Shown here in pieces: positions 9,332 to 19,959 of a DNA stretch of 64,000 nt. This stretch comes from Candidatus Latescibacterota bacterium (GTDB lineage Bacteria; Latescibacterota; UBA2968; UBA8231). The position numbers and the translations under genes are program-made. The notes under the pieces were generated by a model, which had not been told where the DNA came from, ran no database searches, and saw only the letters and a list, made by a program, of their open reading frames with translations. The stretch spans positions 1,664,001 to 1,728,000 of the forward strand of contig CBDCXV010000010.1 of assembly GCA_965223905.1 (NCBI GenBank), given 5' to 3'. Position 1 is the first letter of the stretch. Every line of letters starts with the position of its first letter.

Positions 9332-10886
9332 ATGAACGCTCCTCCCAATCACGTCGCGGTAATCGACCTCGGCTCCAACACCGCCCGCCTGGTTCTGATC
9401 GCCGCCATCCCCGGGTACTCGTACCGCCTGCAGGACGAGATCCGCGAGGTCGTGCGCCTGCGCCAGGGCATGACCAAGAAGGGGCTCGCCGAGGAAGCCG
9501 CGGCCCGGGCAATCTCGACCTTGAGGCTGTTCAAGCGGTTCTGCGAGAGCACCGGGGCCGATGTCGTGCTGTCGACGGCGACCAGCGCCGTGCGCGACGC
9601 CGCCAACGGGCGCGCTTTCGTGCAGCGGGTCCGCGACGAGGTCGGGCTCGACCTGCGGGTCCTCGACGGAGAGCGCGAAGCCTACTACAGCACGGTCGGC
9701 GCCCTGAACGACGTCACCCTGCGCGACGGCGCAGTCCTCGACATCGGGGGCGGCAGCGTCCAGGTGAGCGAGGTGCGGGACGGGCGCTACATCCGGGGGG
9801 AAGCGCGCACCCTCGGGGCGCTCGCCCTGACCGAGCGCTTCGTGCGCTCCGACCCGATCGCGCCCAAAGAGCGAAGGACGCTGGAGCTGGAGATCGAGTC
9901 GCAGCTCGATTCGATACCGTGGCTCGGAAAGGCCGGCGCTCTTGTCGGACTGGGCGGGACCATCCGCAACCTCGCCAAGATCGAGGCGGCGAGGCAGCGC
10001 TACCCCCTCAACACCCTGCACGGCTTCCGCCTGACCCGAAGCTCGGTCGAAAAGTCGATTGACTTCTTCTGCCGGTCCGATCTGAAGGCGCGCCAGGCCT
10101 TGCCCGGGATCAGTCCGGACCGCGCCGACATCATCCTCGCCGGGGCCCTGGTGCTGGCCGGGGTGCTCGACCGCCTCGGCCTCGACGACTTGACGATCTC
10201 GGCCTGCGGGCTGCGGGAGGGGCTCTTCTTCGAGCACTTCTGGCAGCACCTGCCCTTCCCCGTCATCCCGGACGTGCGCCGCTTCAGCGTCCTCAACGTC
10301 GCGCGCAACTACGACTACCAGAAGCAGCATTCCAACCACGTCCGCTACCTCGCCGGACGCCTGTTCGACCAGCTGGAACCGCTGCACGGGTACGGCGCCG
10401 GGGAGCGGGAGATGCTCGACGCCGCGGCCCTGCTGCACGACCTCGGCACCGTCATCGCCTACGCCGGCCACCACAAGCACTCGCAGACGCTGATCCACTA
10501 CAACGGGCTGGCCGGCTTTTCACCGCGCGAGATCGCCCTGATCGGCCTGCTGGCGCGCTACCACCGCAAGGGGCGCGCCCGATATCTCGACCTACGAGGC
10601 GCTGCTCGACGCCGACGACCTCGCCATCCTCACGCGGCTTTCCGCCATCCTCAGGCTGGCGGAAAACTTCGAGCGCGGCCGCAACGGCGTCGTCGACGAC
10701 GTCATCGTCAACTGGGGGGACGACTACCTGAGGCTGACCCTGATCGCCGACGAGTACCCCGCTGTGGAGCTGTGGGAGACCGAGCGCAACGCCCTGCCGC
10801 TGGTGGAGAAGGCCTTCGGGCGCAGGGCCCTGGTCGACAGCATCGCCGCGCCCGGGGAGTGGCCGCAGCACGGCTCGCGGCCGTAA
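9332..10886 (+). CDS. ppx: Ppx/GppA exopolyphosphatase, frameshift at ~10570
   Basis: IDLGSNTARL, ATSAVRDAANG, DIGGGS, GLREG, HD domain LLHDLG; removing one G in AAGGGGCG gives RKGAPDISTY...to TAA 10886. Confidence 0.88.
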
Positions 10887-10992
10887 GGGGTCGGCTTTCC
10901 TGCTGGAACTCTTTCGGGTGGGACGGTAGGGGCCGGGAGGTGGCATCCAGGTCGGAGGGCGCCTTCCTGAACCTGTCGTCTCCCCAACCCTT

Positions 10993-13900
10993 TCAGCGCA
11001 GCAGCATCAGCTTGCCTACCGCCTGGTACCGCCCCGCCTGCAGCCGGTACAGGTACGAGCCGCTCGCCAGGGCCCGCCCCGATTCGTCGCGGCCGTTCCA
11101 CTCCACCGAGTGGAACCCCGGCCCCCGCGCCCCACGGACCAGCACCGCCAGCTTCTGCCCCAACAGGTCGTACACCGCCAGCTCGACCGAAGCCCGGGCC
11201 TCCGGCAGGGAGAAGGAGAGCACCGTTCCGCTGTTGAAGGGATTGGGGTAGTTGGGATACAGGGCGAAGGCCGCAGGCTCCGCCTCGGACTCGATGGCCG
11301 TGGCAGTGGACGACAGAATCTCGAAGGAGACCACGGCCCCGACGTAGGTCAGATCCCCGGGCCGACCCAGGTTCACCGCCAGTCGATAAGGGCCGGTGGG
11401 GATCTCGGAAAAAAGCAGCTCGCCGTCGAAACGCCCCGCCTCTACCAACAGGCTCTGGGCGTCCGCCGCGGCCCCGGTGTTGCCTTCCTCGTCGAGGGGA
11501 TAGAGGACGAACTCCATCACGGTTGCCTCCGAATCCGTCACTTCGCCGCTGATGCGGAGGGGCTGGCCGACGTTGACCGAAGTCGGCAGGGGACGGTCGA
11601 GCCGCACCCGGTTGAAGTAGCCGGTGGGGGCCTGCAAGGGACCCTGGCCCTCGGCAATGCGCATGGGGTAGAAGCTTCCGACGAAGGGGGTCGGCTTCCG
11701 GTTCGCGACATGGACGTTGAGGGTGTAGGTTGCGGCCTCGTCGTGCCGAAAAAAGATGGTGCGCGAAAAACGCCCCTCGTCGACCAGAAGGAAAAAATCC
11801 TCGCCACCTCCTCCGCCCTCCGGGACGAATTCCAGATTCATCACCTCAACGCTGTCGGCCGTGGTTCCCTGGACGAGCAGCGGTTCCCCGGTAGCCAGCT
11901 CAAGGGGCAGGAGGGGATCGAGGGTGATGCCGTCGAAGTGGTCGGCCGCCATGGCAGCGGGAGCCGCCGCCTTGGCAACCGGCAGGACCACCGCCCCCAG
12001 TTGGGCATGCCCCTCGGTTTGAAGGCTCAGGCTTCCGGTACCGTTTCCGACCACGCGGAGGAACTGCAGCCCCCAGGGCGAGATGTGCATCTCCGGGGGT
12101 GCATCGCCCAACCGGTAGATCACCGAGGCCGGCAGGGGAAAGCCCCTTCCCTCCGGAGTCTGCAGGGTGGCAAGCCGGTAGTTGAAGCGCGGGTGTCCGC
12201 TCTGCCCGGTACCGCTGATGTAGAGCTGCGCCCCCCAGCGGGCCAGTACGTCGGCAAAGTACTCCCCGGTGGCCGCCTCGACATTGGCGCCGGCGATCAG
12301 ATCGGTCTGTACCAGGCGCAGCAGCACCCCCTCCCCCAGCAGATCGACAAGGCTGCGCACGAACAGGTAAACCCCCCCGCGCCATGGCGATAAATCCGTT
12401 GCCGTGTTCAACCCGACCGCACCCGGCTGTCTGAGAAAGCTGCGCACATACCGGTAGTTGAGGTTGTCCTGCTCCGCCACCAGATCCTGGGCCACGTGGG
12501 ACAAGCCCTCGTTGAGCCAGATAGACTCGGTGCTTGACCGGCGCACCAGAACGTGCTGGTTGAAATTGATGAGATGCTGGAAGTAGTGCGCCAGCAAAGG
12601 ACGGTACAGCTCGGAGCGGACCGGGCTCAGCCACAGCAGGTCTGCCATGTTGCCGTCTCCGCCCGACTCGGCAGGGACCACGGAAGTCGCGCGGAACAAG
12701 ACCAACCGCCCCAAATCGTGGATCAGGTGGGTGAAGAGCACGGCCATCTTGCCGTCTCCATCCACGTCCGAAGGGGTTCCGAAGGCTCCCGTCAGGATCG
12801 GGATATCCTCGGCGAACTGGTCGATAACCGTCTTCATCTGGTCTTCGTCGATGTAGTTTTCGTCTTCCCGCAGGTTCTCCTGGACGAAGGCTACGACGCG
12901 CTCGTTTACCGCCAACACCCTCGCTTCGATCGATTGGTCCGGAACCTCCCCTCGGGCAGCGAAGAAAAAGGAGCGGCGGTCTCCGACCTCGTACTGTACC
13001 CGAACCGGCTTTCCCGCTTTGCGCCCGCCCTGCTGCAGTCGCAGGGCCAGTGTTTCCTCCAGTTGGCGATCCTGTTTTTCAAGGGAATCGCGGCGATCCG
13101 CGAACGGGGCATGGATCGGTTTGGTTCGGACCGCATTGCCGTCAACCTCAATGTGGTACCTCGTCCGATCGGACGGTCCTTCGGGCGACGAATAGAGGGC
13201 GAAGACGAAATCCTGCTCCCGGAAATCGAGGTCCGCCTCCATACGCCCCGCGGCGTCGGCCCGCAGATGCACCAGGTCGGAGGCCGCCTCCCGGCGCCCC
13301 AGTCCGGACAGGGCGATGGAGACCCTGGGCCGAAAGGGATCGTCGCTGAGCACGGTCAGCAGACCCTGGTCATCCCCTGCGCCGCTGTAGCTCAGCACGA
13401 TCTCCCCGGCCTCGCCGGGCTCAAGCGCCAAGGGGTATCTCTCGACCGCAAAAGGACCTTCGATCAGGGGCGTCTCCAGCTCGACCGTCGCGTTTCCCCG
13501 GTTGAACAGGGGAATCGTCGCTTCCTTCCCGGCCAGCAAGGCCATTGAGAGCACCCCCACCTCGAGATCGGCGGCCTGCGGATCGATACCCACAATGACG
13601 TACTCACCCGCAGGCCAGAGGATACCGCCTTGCAGTTCGACCCTCGCGGCCAGGATGATGGGGCCCAGTTCCCAGGGCTCCAGCCGCACTGGGAAATTGA
13701 AGCGCCCTTCCTTCAGTTCCGGGGAGAGGACACGGGATTCCCCTCCGTTTACCGGCTCCAGCTCCAACCGGATTCCCTGCACGAACGGACGCACTTCACC
13801 GGCGAAAACCACAAGCTTGTTCACCGGCCATTGCACCGGCAGCGGCTCGTCCAGTACCAGCCCATCGAAAAACAGCCTGGGAATTACGGACGGTTCGGTA

Positions 13901-14601
13901 CCGCGCATGATTTCGAGGTGGAGGTACCAACCCATCAAGTCCGCCGTTTCTCCCCATCCAACCCCCAGGAACATGAGCACGGCATACGCTTCCTCCGCTT
14001 CCGGCGGCAGGAGAATGGTACGCTCGAACCGGCCCTCGTCGGCGCGAAAGACGAAATCCCACTGCGACCCTGTCTCGGACAGAAATCGAAAAGCGACGAA
14101 CGCGGGAAGGGGGAAGCCCTCCACGGTTCCGGCAATGTGCAGGGCCTCACCGGTGGTGATGCTGGCCGGCAGCGGCTCGTCGAGATTCACAAAGGGGAAA
14201 TAGCGCCGCGGCAGCGTCACCGGTCCCTGGCCCTGGTTGACCTGCAAGCCCTCGAAACGCCCTAAAACCCGGGCCCTTTCCCTACCCCTGTCCGCCTCGA
14301 CCTCCAGGTTGTACTGCCCAACCGCACTGTGGGGAAAAACGGCTTCGAAAACAAAAGCGCCATCACTTACAAATCCCCAGAAATCCAGTTTAAAGCCATC
14401 GTCACGGGTGAATGTGAAATTGATCTGGAAGATGTTGAAATCTTCGGATTTCCCGGACAGGGACAGGTGCTGGCCCGTCTCGAAGGTTGTGGGCAGGGGC
14501 TCGTCCAACAGGATGCGGGGGAAGAAATCCGCGGGAATGTCTTCGGCCTTCAGCAGGAGGGGATTCACCAACAGCAGGACCATCGGGAAGGCGTGGCGCA
14601 T
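10993..14601 (-). CDS. Large secreted M30-like protease paralog with degenerate HYFQH site and FlgD-Ig/T9SS-like tail
   Basis: Signal peptide; DVDGDGK, LLAHYFQH, WLNEGLSH; FALYPNYPNPFN...KLMLLR. Confidence 0.75.
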   Translation of the reverse strand: MRHAFPMVLLLVNPLLLKAEDIPADFFPRILLDEPLPTTFETGQHLSLSGKSEDFNIFQINFTFTRDDGFKLDFWGFVSDGAFVFEAVFPHSAVGQYNLEVEADRGRERARVLGRFEGLQVNQGQGPVTLPRRYFPFVNLDEPLPASITTGEALHIAGTVEGFPLPAFVAFRFLSETGSQWDFVFRADEGRFERTILLPPEAEEAYAVLMFLGVGWGETADLMGWYLHLEIMRGTEPSVIPRLFFDGLVLDEPLPVQWPVNKLVVFAGEVRPFVQGIRLELEPVNGGESRVLSPELKEGRFNFPVRLEPWELGPIILAARVELQGGILWPAGEYVIVGIDPQAADLEVGVLSMALLAGKEATIPLFNRGNATVELETPLIEGPFAVERYPLALEPGEAGEIVLSYSGAGDDQGLLTVLSDDPFRPRVSIALSGLGRREAASDLVHLRADAAGRMEADLDFREQDFVFALYSSPEGPSDRTRYHIEVDGNAVRTKPIHAPFADRRDSLEKQDRQLEETLALRLQQGGRKAGKPVRVQYEVGDRRSFFFAARGEVPDQSIEARVLAVNERVVAFVQENLREDENYIDEDQMKTVIDQFAEDIPILTGAFGTPSDVDGDGKMAVLFTHLIHDLGRLVLFRATSVVPAESGGDGNMADLLWLSPVRSELYRPLLAHYFQHLINFNQHVLVRRSSTESIWLNEGLSHVAQDLVAEQDNLNYRYVRSFLRQPGAVGLNTATDLSPWRGGVYLFVRSLVDLLGEGVLLRLVQTDLIAGANVEAATGEYFADVLARWGAQLYISGTGQSGHPRFNYRLATLQTPEGRGFPLPASVIYRLGDAPPEMHISPWGLQFLRVVGNGTGSLSLQTEGHAQLGAVVLPVAKAAAPAAMAADHFDGITLDPLLPLELATGEPLLVQGTTADSVEVMNLEFVPEGGGGGEDFFLLVDEGRFSRTIFFRHDEAATYTLNVHVANRKPTPFVGSFYPMRIAEGQGPLQAPTGYFNRVRLDRPLPTSVNVGQPLRISGEVTDSEATVMEFVLYPLDEEGNTGAAADAQSLLVEAGRFDGELLFSEIPTGPYRLAVNLGRPGDLTYVGAVVSFEILSSTATAIESEAEPAAFALYPNYPNPFNSGTVLSFSLPEARASVELAVYDLLGQKLAVLVRGARGPGFHSVEWNGRDESGRALASGSYLYRLQAGRYQAVGKLMLLR

Positions 14602-14805
14602 GGGTTTCTCCACCGGTAACGATTCAACCTAACCGCGAGCCGCGGAATGGTTGATCGGGGAGTTTCCGCCAAAAGAACAGGGGCCGCCATCCCCAGCCCC
14701 TTTCCGCATCGCCTTGATCACGAACCCCCGGTAGACTCCGCGGTCACGCGCCGCGGGGACATGCGAGGCCGCCCAAGAAGCCCGCGGTAAAGCCGATGCC
14801 CTCCC

Positions 14806-17800
14806 TCAGCGCAGCAGCATCAGCTTGCCTACCGCCTGGTACCGCCCCGCCTGCAGCCGGTACAGGTACGAGCCGCTCGCCAGGGCCCGCCCCGATTCGT
14901 CGCGGCCGTTCCACTCCACCGAGTGGAACCCCGGCCCCAGCGCCCCCCGGACCAGCACCGCCAGCTTCTGCCCCAGCAGGTCGTACACCGCCAGCTCGAC
15001 CTCCGGCCTGGACTCCGGCAGGGAGAAGGAGAGCAGAGTGCGGCTGTTGAAGGGATTGGGGTAGTTGGGATGGAGCGCAAAGGCCTGCGGCCCGGTCTCC
15101 CCTTCCTCCAGGACCGCGGTGATCGGTTCGAGGACCTCGAAGGAGACCACGGCCCCGACGTAGGTCAGATCCCCCTCCGGTCCGACCTCCAGCGACAGCC
15201 AGTAGATGCCGGGGGGCACCTCGTCGAAAAGCAGCTCCCCGTCGAAACGCCCCGCCACGACCGGCAGGCTCAGGGTCTTCTCGGCCTTTCGCGAGCGCTC
15301 CCCATCCTCGTTCTGGGGAAACAGGGAGAACTCCATCAGGGTCGCTTCGGCATCCTCCACTTCGCCGCTGATGCGGAGGGGCTGGTTGGCGGAGACCGAG
15401 GTCGGCAGGGGACCGTCGAGCTGCACCCGGTTGAAATAGCGGGTCGGCGCCTGCAGCGGACCTTGCCCCTGGGTCAGGCGAATGGGGAAGAAGCGTCCGA
15501 CAAACGGGGTCGGCTGCCGCTTGTCGACGTAGACGTTGAGGGAGTAGGTCGTCGCCTCGTCGTGCTGGAAAAAAACGGTCCGCAAAAAGCGCCCTTCCCG
15601 GACCAGCAGAAAGAACCGCTGCGCATCCCCCCCGTCCTCCGGGACGAACTCAAGGGTGATCTGCTCGACGCTGTCGGCGGTGGTTCCCTGAAGGAGCAGG
15701 GGCTCCCCGGTAGCCAGCTCCAGCGGCAGGGGCGGGTCGAGGGTGATGCCGGTGAAGTGGTCGGCGGCCATGGGAGCCGTGGCCGCGGCCTTTGCCACCG
15801 GCAAGGCCACCGCACCGAGACGGGCCTGCGGCTCGGTCTGCAGACTCAGCGTTGCCCCCTGGCTGCCTTCGAGGCGGAGGAACTGCACCCCCCGGGGCCG
15901 GAGCGACAGCCCGGGGGGCTCCTCCCCCAGGCGGTAGGTCACCGAGGCCGGCGGGGGAAACCCCCGGCCCTGCGGGGTCTGCAGGGGGGATATGCGGTAG
16001 TTGAACCGGGAGTGGCCGCTCAGCCCGGTGCCGCTGATGTAGAGCTGCGCTCCCCAGCGGGCCATCAGGTCGGCGAAGCTCTCCCCGGTGGCCGCCTCGA
16101 CGTTGTCGCGGTCGACCAGGCCGGTCTGCACCAGGCGCAGCAGCACCCCCTCCCCCAGCAGGTCGACCAGGCTGCGCACGAACAGGTAGGCCGCCCCGCG
16201 CGTGGGGGAATCGACCATGTAGCCGTCGATCAACCCCACCGCACCCGGCTCCTCCAGGAAGATGCGCACCAGGCGGTAGTTGCCGCTGACCTGGTGGCCG
16301 GCCACCAGATCCTCTGCAAGGTGCGACAGTCCTTCGTTGAGCCAGGAAGCCTCGCTGATTCCCCGCCGCACGAGGACGTGCTGGTTGAAGTTGACGAGAT
16401 GCTGGAACTCGTGCGCCAGCAGGGCCCGGTAGGACTCGGCGGGAAAGACCGGATTCACCCACATCAGGTCGATCATGTTGCCGTCTCCACCTGCGTCCCG
16501 GGGCAGCAGAGAAAAGGCGCGGAATTGCCCGCCGGCGTCGACGTCTTCTATCAGATGGGTGACGAGCACCGCTATCCTGCCGTCGCCGTCGACGTCCGAA
16601 GGGGCTCCGAAGGCCTCGACCAGGAGAGGGTAATCCACGGCGAACAGGTCGATGGCCTCCTTCAGCTGGTCCTCCTCGATGTTGTCGTCGTCCTCCCGCA
16701 GGTCCTCCTGGACGAAGGCGACGGCGCGCTCGTTGACCGCCACCACCCTGGCCTCGATGGACTGGTTCGGGACCTCCCCCTGCGCCGCGAAGAAGAAGGA
16801 GCGGCGGTCCCCTACCTCGTACTGCACCCCTGCCGGCTTGCCTGCCCAGCGCCCGCTCTCCCGCAGCCTCAGGGACAGGGTCCGCTCGAGCTGCCGCGCC
16901 CGGTGCTCGACGGAATCGCGGCGGTCCGCCCGGGTTGCGACGGTCGGTTTGGCAAGGGCGGCGGAGCCTTCCAGGGAGATCTCGTACACCTTCTCCCGAT
17001 GGAAGCGCTCCAGCGGAGCCGCATAGAGGGCGAGAACCTGGTCCTGTTCCATGAGATCGAAGCCGGACTCGATACGACCTGCGGCATCGGCGCGCAGATG
17101 CACCAGGTCGGAGGCCGCCTCCCGGGCCTCCAGCCCCGACAGGGCGATCGTCACACGCGGTCGGAAGGGGTCGTCGCTGACTACGGTCAGCTGGCCCTGG
17201 TCGCCACCCGAACCTTCGTAGCTCAGCTCGATTTCGCCGGCCTCGCCGGGCCCGAGCACCGGGGGGAAAGCCGCGACTGTGAACGGCCCCTCGACTTGGG
17301 GGGGCTCCAGCTCGACCGGACCGTTCCCCCGGTTCAACAGGGGAACCCCTGCTTCCCGACCTGCCAGCAGGGCCACCGCCACCACCCCCACTTCCAGGTC
17401 CGGGGGCTGCAGATCCACCCCCTCGATGACGAACTCGCCGGCGTCCCAGGTCGTGCCGTCCTGCAGCTCGACAACTGCCGACAAACGCAGCGGACCCTCC
17501 TCGCCGGCCGCCAGGCGCACCGGGAAGCGGAAGCGCCCTTCCTCCAGCCCGGGTGAGAGCACGCGGGGTTCCCCGCCGTCGAGCCGGGCCAGATACACCC
17601 AGAAGCGGCGCACGAAGGGACGCGCTTCTCCGGACAGGACCACGGCCCGCAGCAGCGGCCATTGCACCGGCAGCGGCTCGTCCAGCGCCAGCCCGTCGAA
17701 AAACAGCCGCGGCACCTCGGCAGGTTCGGCCCCGCGACTGATTTCAAGGTAGGGGTACCACTCGACAGGGAGCAGGTTTCCCTCGCGCGGACCGGCATAC

Positions 17801-18432
17801 AGGGCCAGGGCATGCGCCCCTTCCGCTTCTTCCGGCACGAGAATGGTGCGCTCGAAGCGCCCCTCCTCGACGAGGAAAAAGGAATTCCAGGACGATTCTT
17901 CCTGAGAAAGGAATCCGAAGGCCAGGGCCCTGTGCGCCGCGGCATCCTCCACCTCCCCGGCCAGGTGCAGGGGCTCCCCGGTTGACATGCGGGTCGGCAG
18001 CGGCCGGTCGAGAAGAAACCCGGGGAAGAAGCGCCGGGGAAGCATCACCGGGCCCCTGCCCTGGAGCATCTTCAGGCCGTAGTAGCGGCCGACGTAGTCC
18101 AGGGATTCCCTGGTCTGGCCTGTGTAGATCTCGAGGCTGTACTGCCCCTGCGCCGCATGGGGAAAGACGATTTCCCTGGCGAAGCGGCCCTCCCGGACCG
18201 GGGTGATGAAATCCACCTGCTCCCCCCCGCCGATGGGGAGGAAACTGAACAGGATCCAGGCGACGCCGTCCTGGTCGACGCTCCCGGACAGGGGAAGGGC
18301 CTGACCGGTGTCGAAGGTCGTGGGCAGCGGCTCCTCGAACCGGATGCCGGGGAAGAACTTTTCGGGGATGTTCTCCGCCAGGAGCAGCTGGGGCGCCATA
18401 ATCAGCAGGACAATCGGAAGTGTTATGCGCAT
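14806..18432 (-). CDS. Large secreted M30-like zinc protease with FlgD-Ig/T9SS-like tail
   Basis: Signal peptide; LLAHEFQH...WLNEGLSHLAE; PNYPNPFN...KLMLLR; collinear paralog of 10993-14601. Confidence 0.8.
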   Translation of the reverse strand: MRITLPIVLLIMAPQLLLAENIPEKFFPGIRFEEPLPTTFDTGQALPLSGSVDQDGVAWILFSFLPIGGGEQVDFITPVREGRFAREIVFPHAAQGQYSLEIYTGQTRESLDYVGRYYGLKMLQGRGPVMLPRRFFPGFLLDRPLPTRMSTGEPLHLAGEVEDAAAHRALAFGFLSQEESSWNSFFLVEEGRFERTILVPEEAEGAHALALYAGPREGNLLPVEWYPYLEISRGAEPAEVPRLFFDGLALDEPLPVQWPLLRAVVLSGEARPFVRRFWVYLARLDGGEPRVLSPGLEEGRFRFPVRLAAGEEGPLRLSAVVELQDGTTWDAGEFVIEGVDLQPPDLEVGVVAVALLAGREAGVPLLNRGNGPVELEPPQVEGPFTVAAFPPVLGPGEAGEIELSYEGSGGDQGQLTVVSDDPFRPRVTIALSGLEAREAASDLVHLRADAAGRIESGFDLMEQDQVLALYAAPLERFHREKVYEISLEGSAALAKPTVATRADRRDSVEHRARQLERTLSLRLRESGRWAGKPAGVQYEVGDRRSFFFAAQGEVPNQSIEARVVAVNERAVAFVQEDLREDDDNIEEDQLKEAIDLFAVDYPLLVEAFGAPSDVDGDGRIAVLVTHLIEDVDAGGQFRAFSLLPRDAGGDGNMIDLMWVNPVFPAESYRALLAHEFQHLVNFNQHVLVRRGISEASWLNEGLSHLAEDLVAGHQVSGNYRLVRIFLEEPGAVGLIDGYMVDSPTRGAAYLFVRSLVDLLGEGVLLRLVQTGLVDRDNVEAATGESFADLMARWGAQLYISGTGLSGHSRFNYRISPLQTPQGRGFPPPASVTYRLGEEPPGLSLRPRGVQFLRLEGSQGATLSLQTEPQARLGAVALPVAKAAATAPMAADHFTGITLDPPLPLELATGEPLLLQGTTADSVEQITLEFVPEDGGDAQRFFLLVREGRFLRTVFFQHDEATTYSLNVYVDKRQPTPFVGRFFPIRLTQGQGPLQAPTRYFNRVQLDGPLPTSVSANQPLRISGEVEDAEATLMEFSLFPQNEDGERSRKAEKTLSLPVVAGRFDGELLFDEVPPGIYWLSLEVGPEGDLTYVGAVVSFEVLEPITAVLEEGETGPQAFALHPNYPNPFNSRTLLSFSLPESRPEVELAVYDLLGQKLAVLVRGALGPGFHSVEWNGRDESGRALASGSYLYRLQAGRYQAVGKLMLLR

Positions 18433-18578
18433 GGCTCAGGTTGCCGTTTCAGTGGTGGGCGGGGGCAACCGGTTGGGAGTTTGGCCCCCGGACTGGGTAC
18501 CTGGCTACGGAAACAGGTGCATCAGTCTGACGTGCAGCCCCGGCGAATGACTAGCCCCTGCACATGTTCGCCAAGGGC

Positions 18579-18606
18579 TTGACAAATTGTTCGCTATTTG
18601 CGAACA
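18579..18606 (+). promoter_or_regulatory. Promoter/operator of relE-HTH operon
   Basis: TTGACA 18579-84; perfect palindrome TGTTCGC-TATTT-GCGAACA 18588-18606; extra half-site at 18565. Confidence 0.6.
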
Positions 18607-18631
18607 TGATCGGGATGAATGCGAGCAAGAT

Positions 18632-18889
18632 ATGGCAATCGAATGGACAACCCGGGCGATCAGGGATATGCGACGGCTTGAGGCGCAGGATCGCGAGAGG
18701 ATCATTGTCAAGATCGAACAGTATGCTGGAGATCCGGCATCTTTGGCCAACCAGGTGATCAAACTGACCGGCAGCGAGTACAGGAGGATGAGAGTTGGCG
18801 ACTACCGCGTTATTTTCGGCATTGAACACAACCAGACCACGGTCATGGTGGTACTGAGAGTTCGGCACAGAAGGGAAGCTTATGGCTGA
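18632..18889 (+). CDS. relE: RelE/ParE family toxin
   Basis: IEWTTRAIRDMRRL...IKLTGSEYRRMRVGDYRVIF...VRHRREAY. Confidence 0.88.
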   Translation: MAIEWTTRAIRDMRRLEAQDRERIIVKIEQYAGDPASLANQVIKLTGSEYRRMRVGDYRVIFGIEHNQTTVMVVLRVRHRREAYG

Positions 18890-19217
18890 CACCGAAACCA
18901 TTACCATGTCCCGAGCGGAATTCGAGGCCCTGATTGTCCGCAACGAAGACCTCGAAGACAGGTTGGCTGCCCTCGACGCGGACGACGGCAGCCGCATTCC
19001 CCACGACGTCGCTCTTGTCATCATGCGCGGCGGGAACCCGGTGGCGGCATTCCGAAATCATTTCGGCGTCACCTTGCGCCAGCTGTCCCAAAGAACGGGG
19101 GTTGCCGCCAGCTACCTTTCCGAGATTGAGCGAGGGCTCAAGCCCGGTTCCGTGGCGACGCTGTCCCGGATCGCCGATGCGCTTGGCACCACCATCGATT
19201 CCCTGGTGGCCGAATAG
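18882..19217 (+). CDS. XRE HTH antitoxin
   Basis: NPVAAFRNHFGVTLRQLSQRTGVAASYLSEIERGLKPGS; overlaps toxin stop. Confidence 0.85.
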   Translation: MADTETITMSRAEFEALIVRNEDLEDRLAALDADDGSRIPHDVALVIMRGGNPVAAFRNHFGVTLRQLSQRTGVAASYLSEIERGLKPGSVATLSRIADALGTTIDSLVAE

Positions 19218-19336
19218 AAGTGGACGCCGGCGGGGCCCTTCCGGACCGACGGAGCCGCCATCGTCTTCCCGCGGAACACCTCTCCAAGCCATAACGCCAC
19301 CGACTCCGAACCGGTTCCCGCGCAGAGGCAACCAGC

Positions 19337-19924
19337 GTGCGCATCGTCACCGGCTCCCTGAAGGGCCGCACCATTCCGTTCAACCCCCGCAGGCAGGGGG
19401 AGATCCGCGTCACCGGCGCGCGCCTGAAGGAGGCGGTCTTCTCCATGCTCGGCCCGCTCGAAGGCCGCGCCTTCCTCGACCTGTGCGCCGGCAGCGGCCA
19501 GATCGCCCTGGAGGCGTACAGCCGCGGGGCGAGAGTCACCGCCTGCGAGCCCGACGGCAGGCGCTACCGGATGCTCCGGGGGCTGTTGCAGGCCTGGGGC
19601 GTCGATGAGCGCCTGCAGCTGTTCAACGGGAAAGCGCAGGCGCTGATCCCCCAGGGACATGGAAGATACGCCGGTATCTACCTCGACCCACCGTACGAGG
19701 CCACCCTGGGGGGGCGGCCGCTGAGCCTGGCGCTCGCCGAGCAGCTGGGGGGCGCGCGGATGCTCGACAGCGACGGCATGATGTTCGTTCAGCATGCCGG
19801 CCGCCTGCACCTTCCCGAGGCCATCGATTCCCTGCGCCTGGAGCGCCGCCGCCCGTTCGGGGACACCGCGGTCAGCGTGTACGTCGCCGCGGAACCGGAC
19901 GGCCCCGGCAGCCTGGAAGGTTGA
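19337..19924 (+). CDS. rsmD: RsmD family rRNA methyltransferase
   Basis: MRIVTGSLKGR, LKEAVFSML, FLDLCAGSG, YLDPPY. Confidence 0.85.
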   Translation: MRIVTGSLKGRTIPFNPRRQGEIRVTGARLKEAVFSMLGPLEGRAFLDLCAGSGQIALEAYSRGARVTACEPDGRRYRMLRGLLQAWGVDERLQLFNGKAQALIPQGHGRYAGIYLDPPYEATLGGRPLSLALAEQLGGARMLDSDGMMFVQHAGRLHLPEAIDSLRLERRRPFGDTAVSVYVAAEPDGPGSLEG

Positions 19925-19959
19925 CCCCCTCCCGGTCCCCCGCTTTCGTTGTACTCATC

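Noticed and set aside
9332-11251. 639-aa Ppx with a novel C-terminal extension
   Set aside because: Artefact of a one-base frameshift at ~10570; the natural frame ends at 10886.
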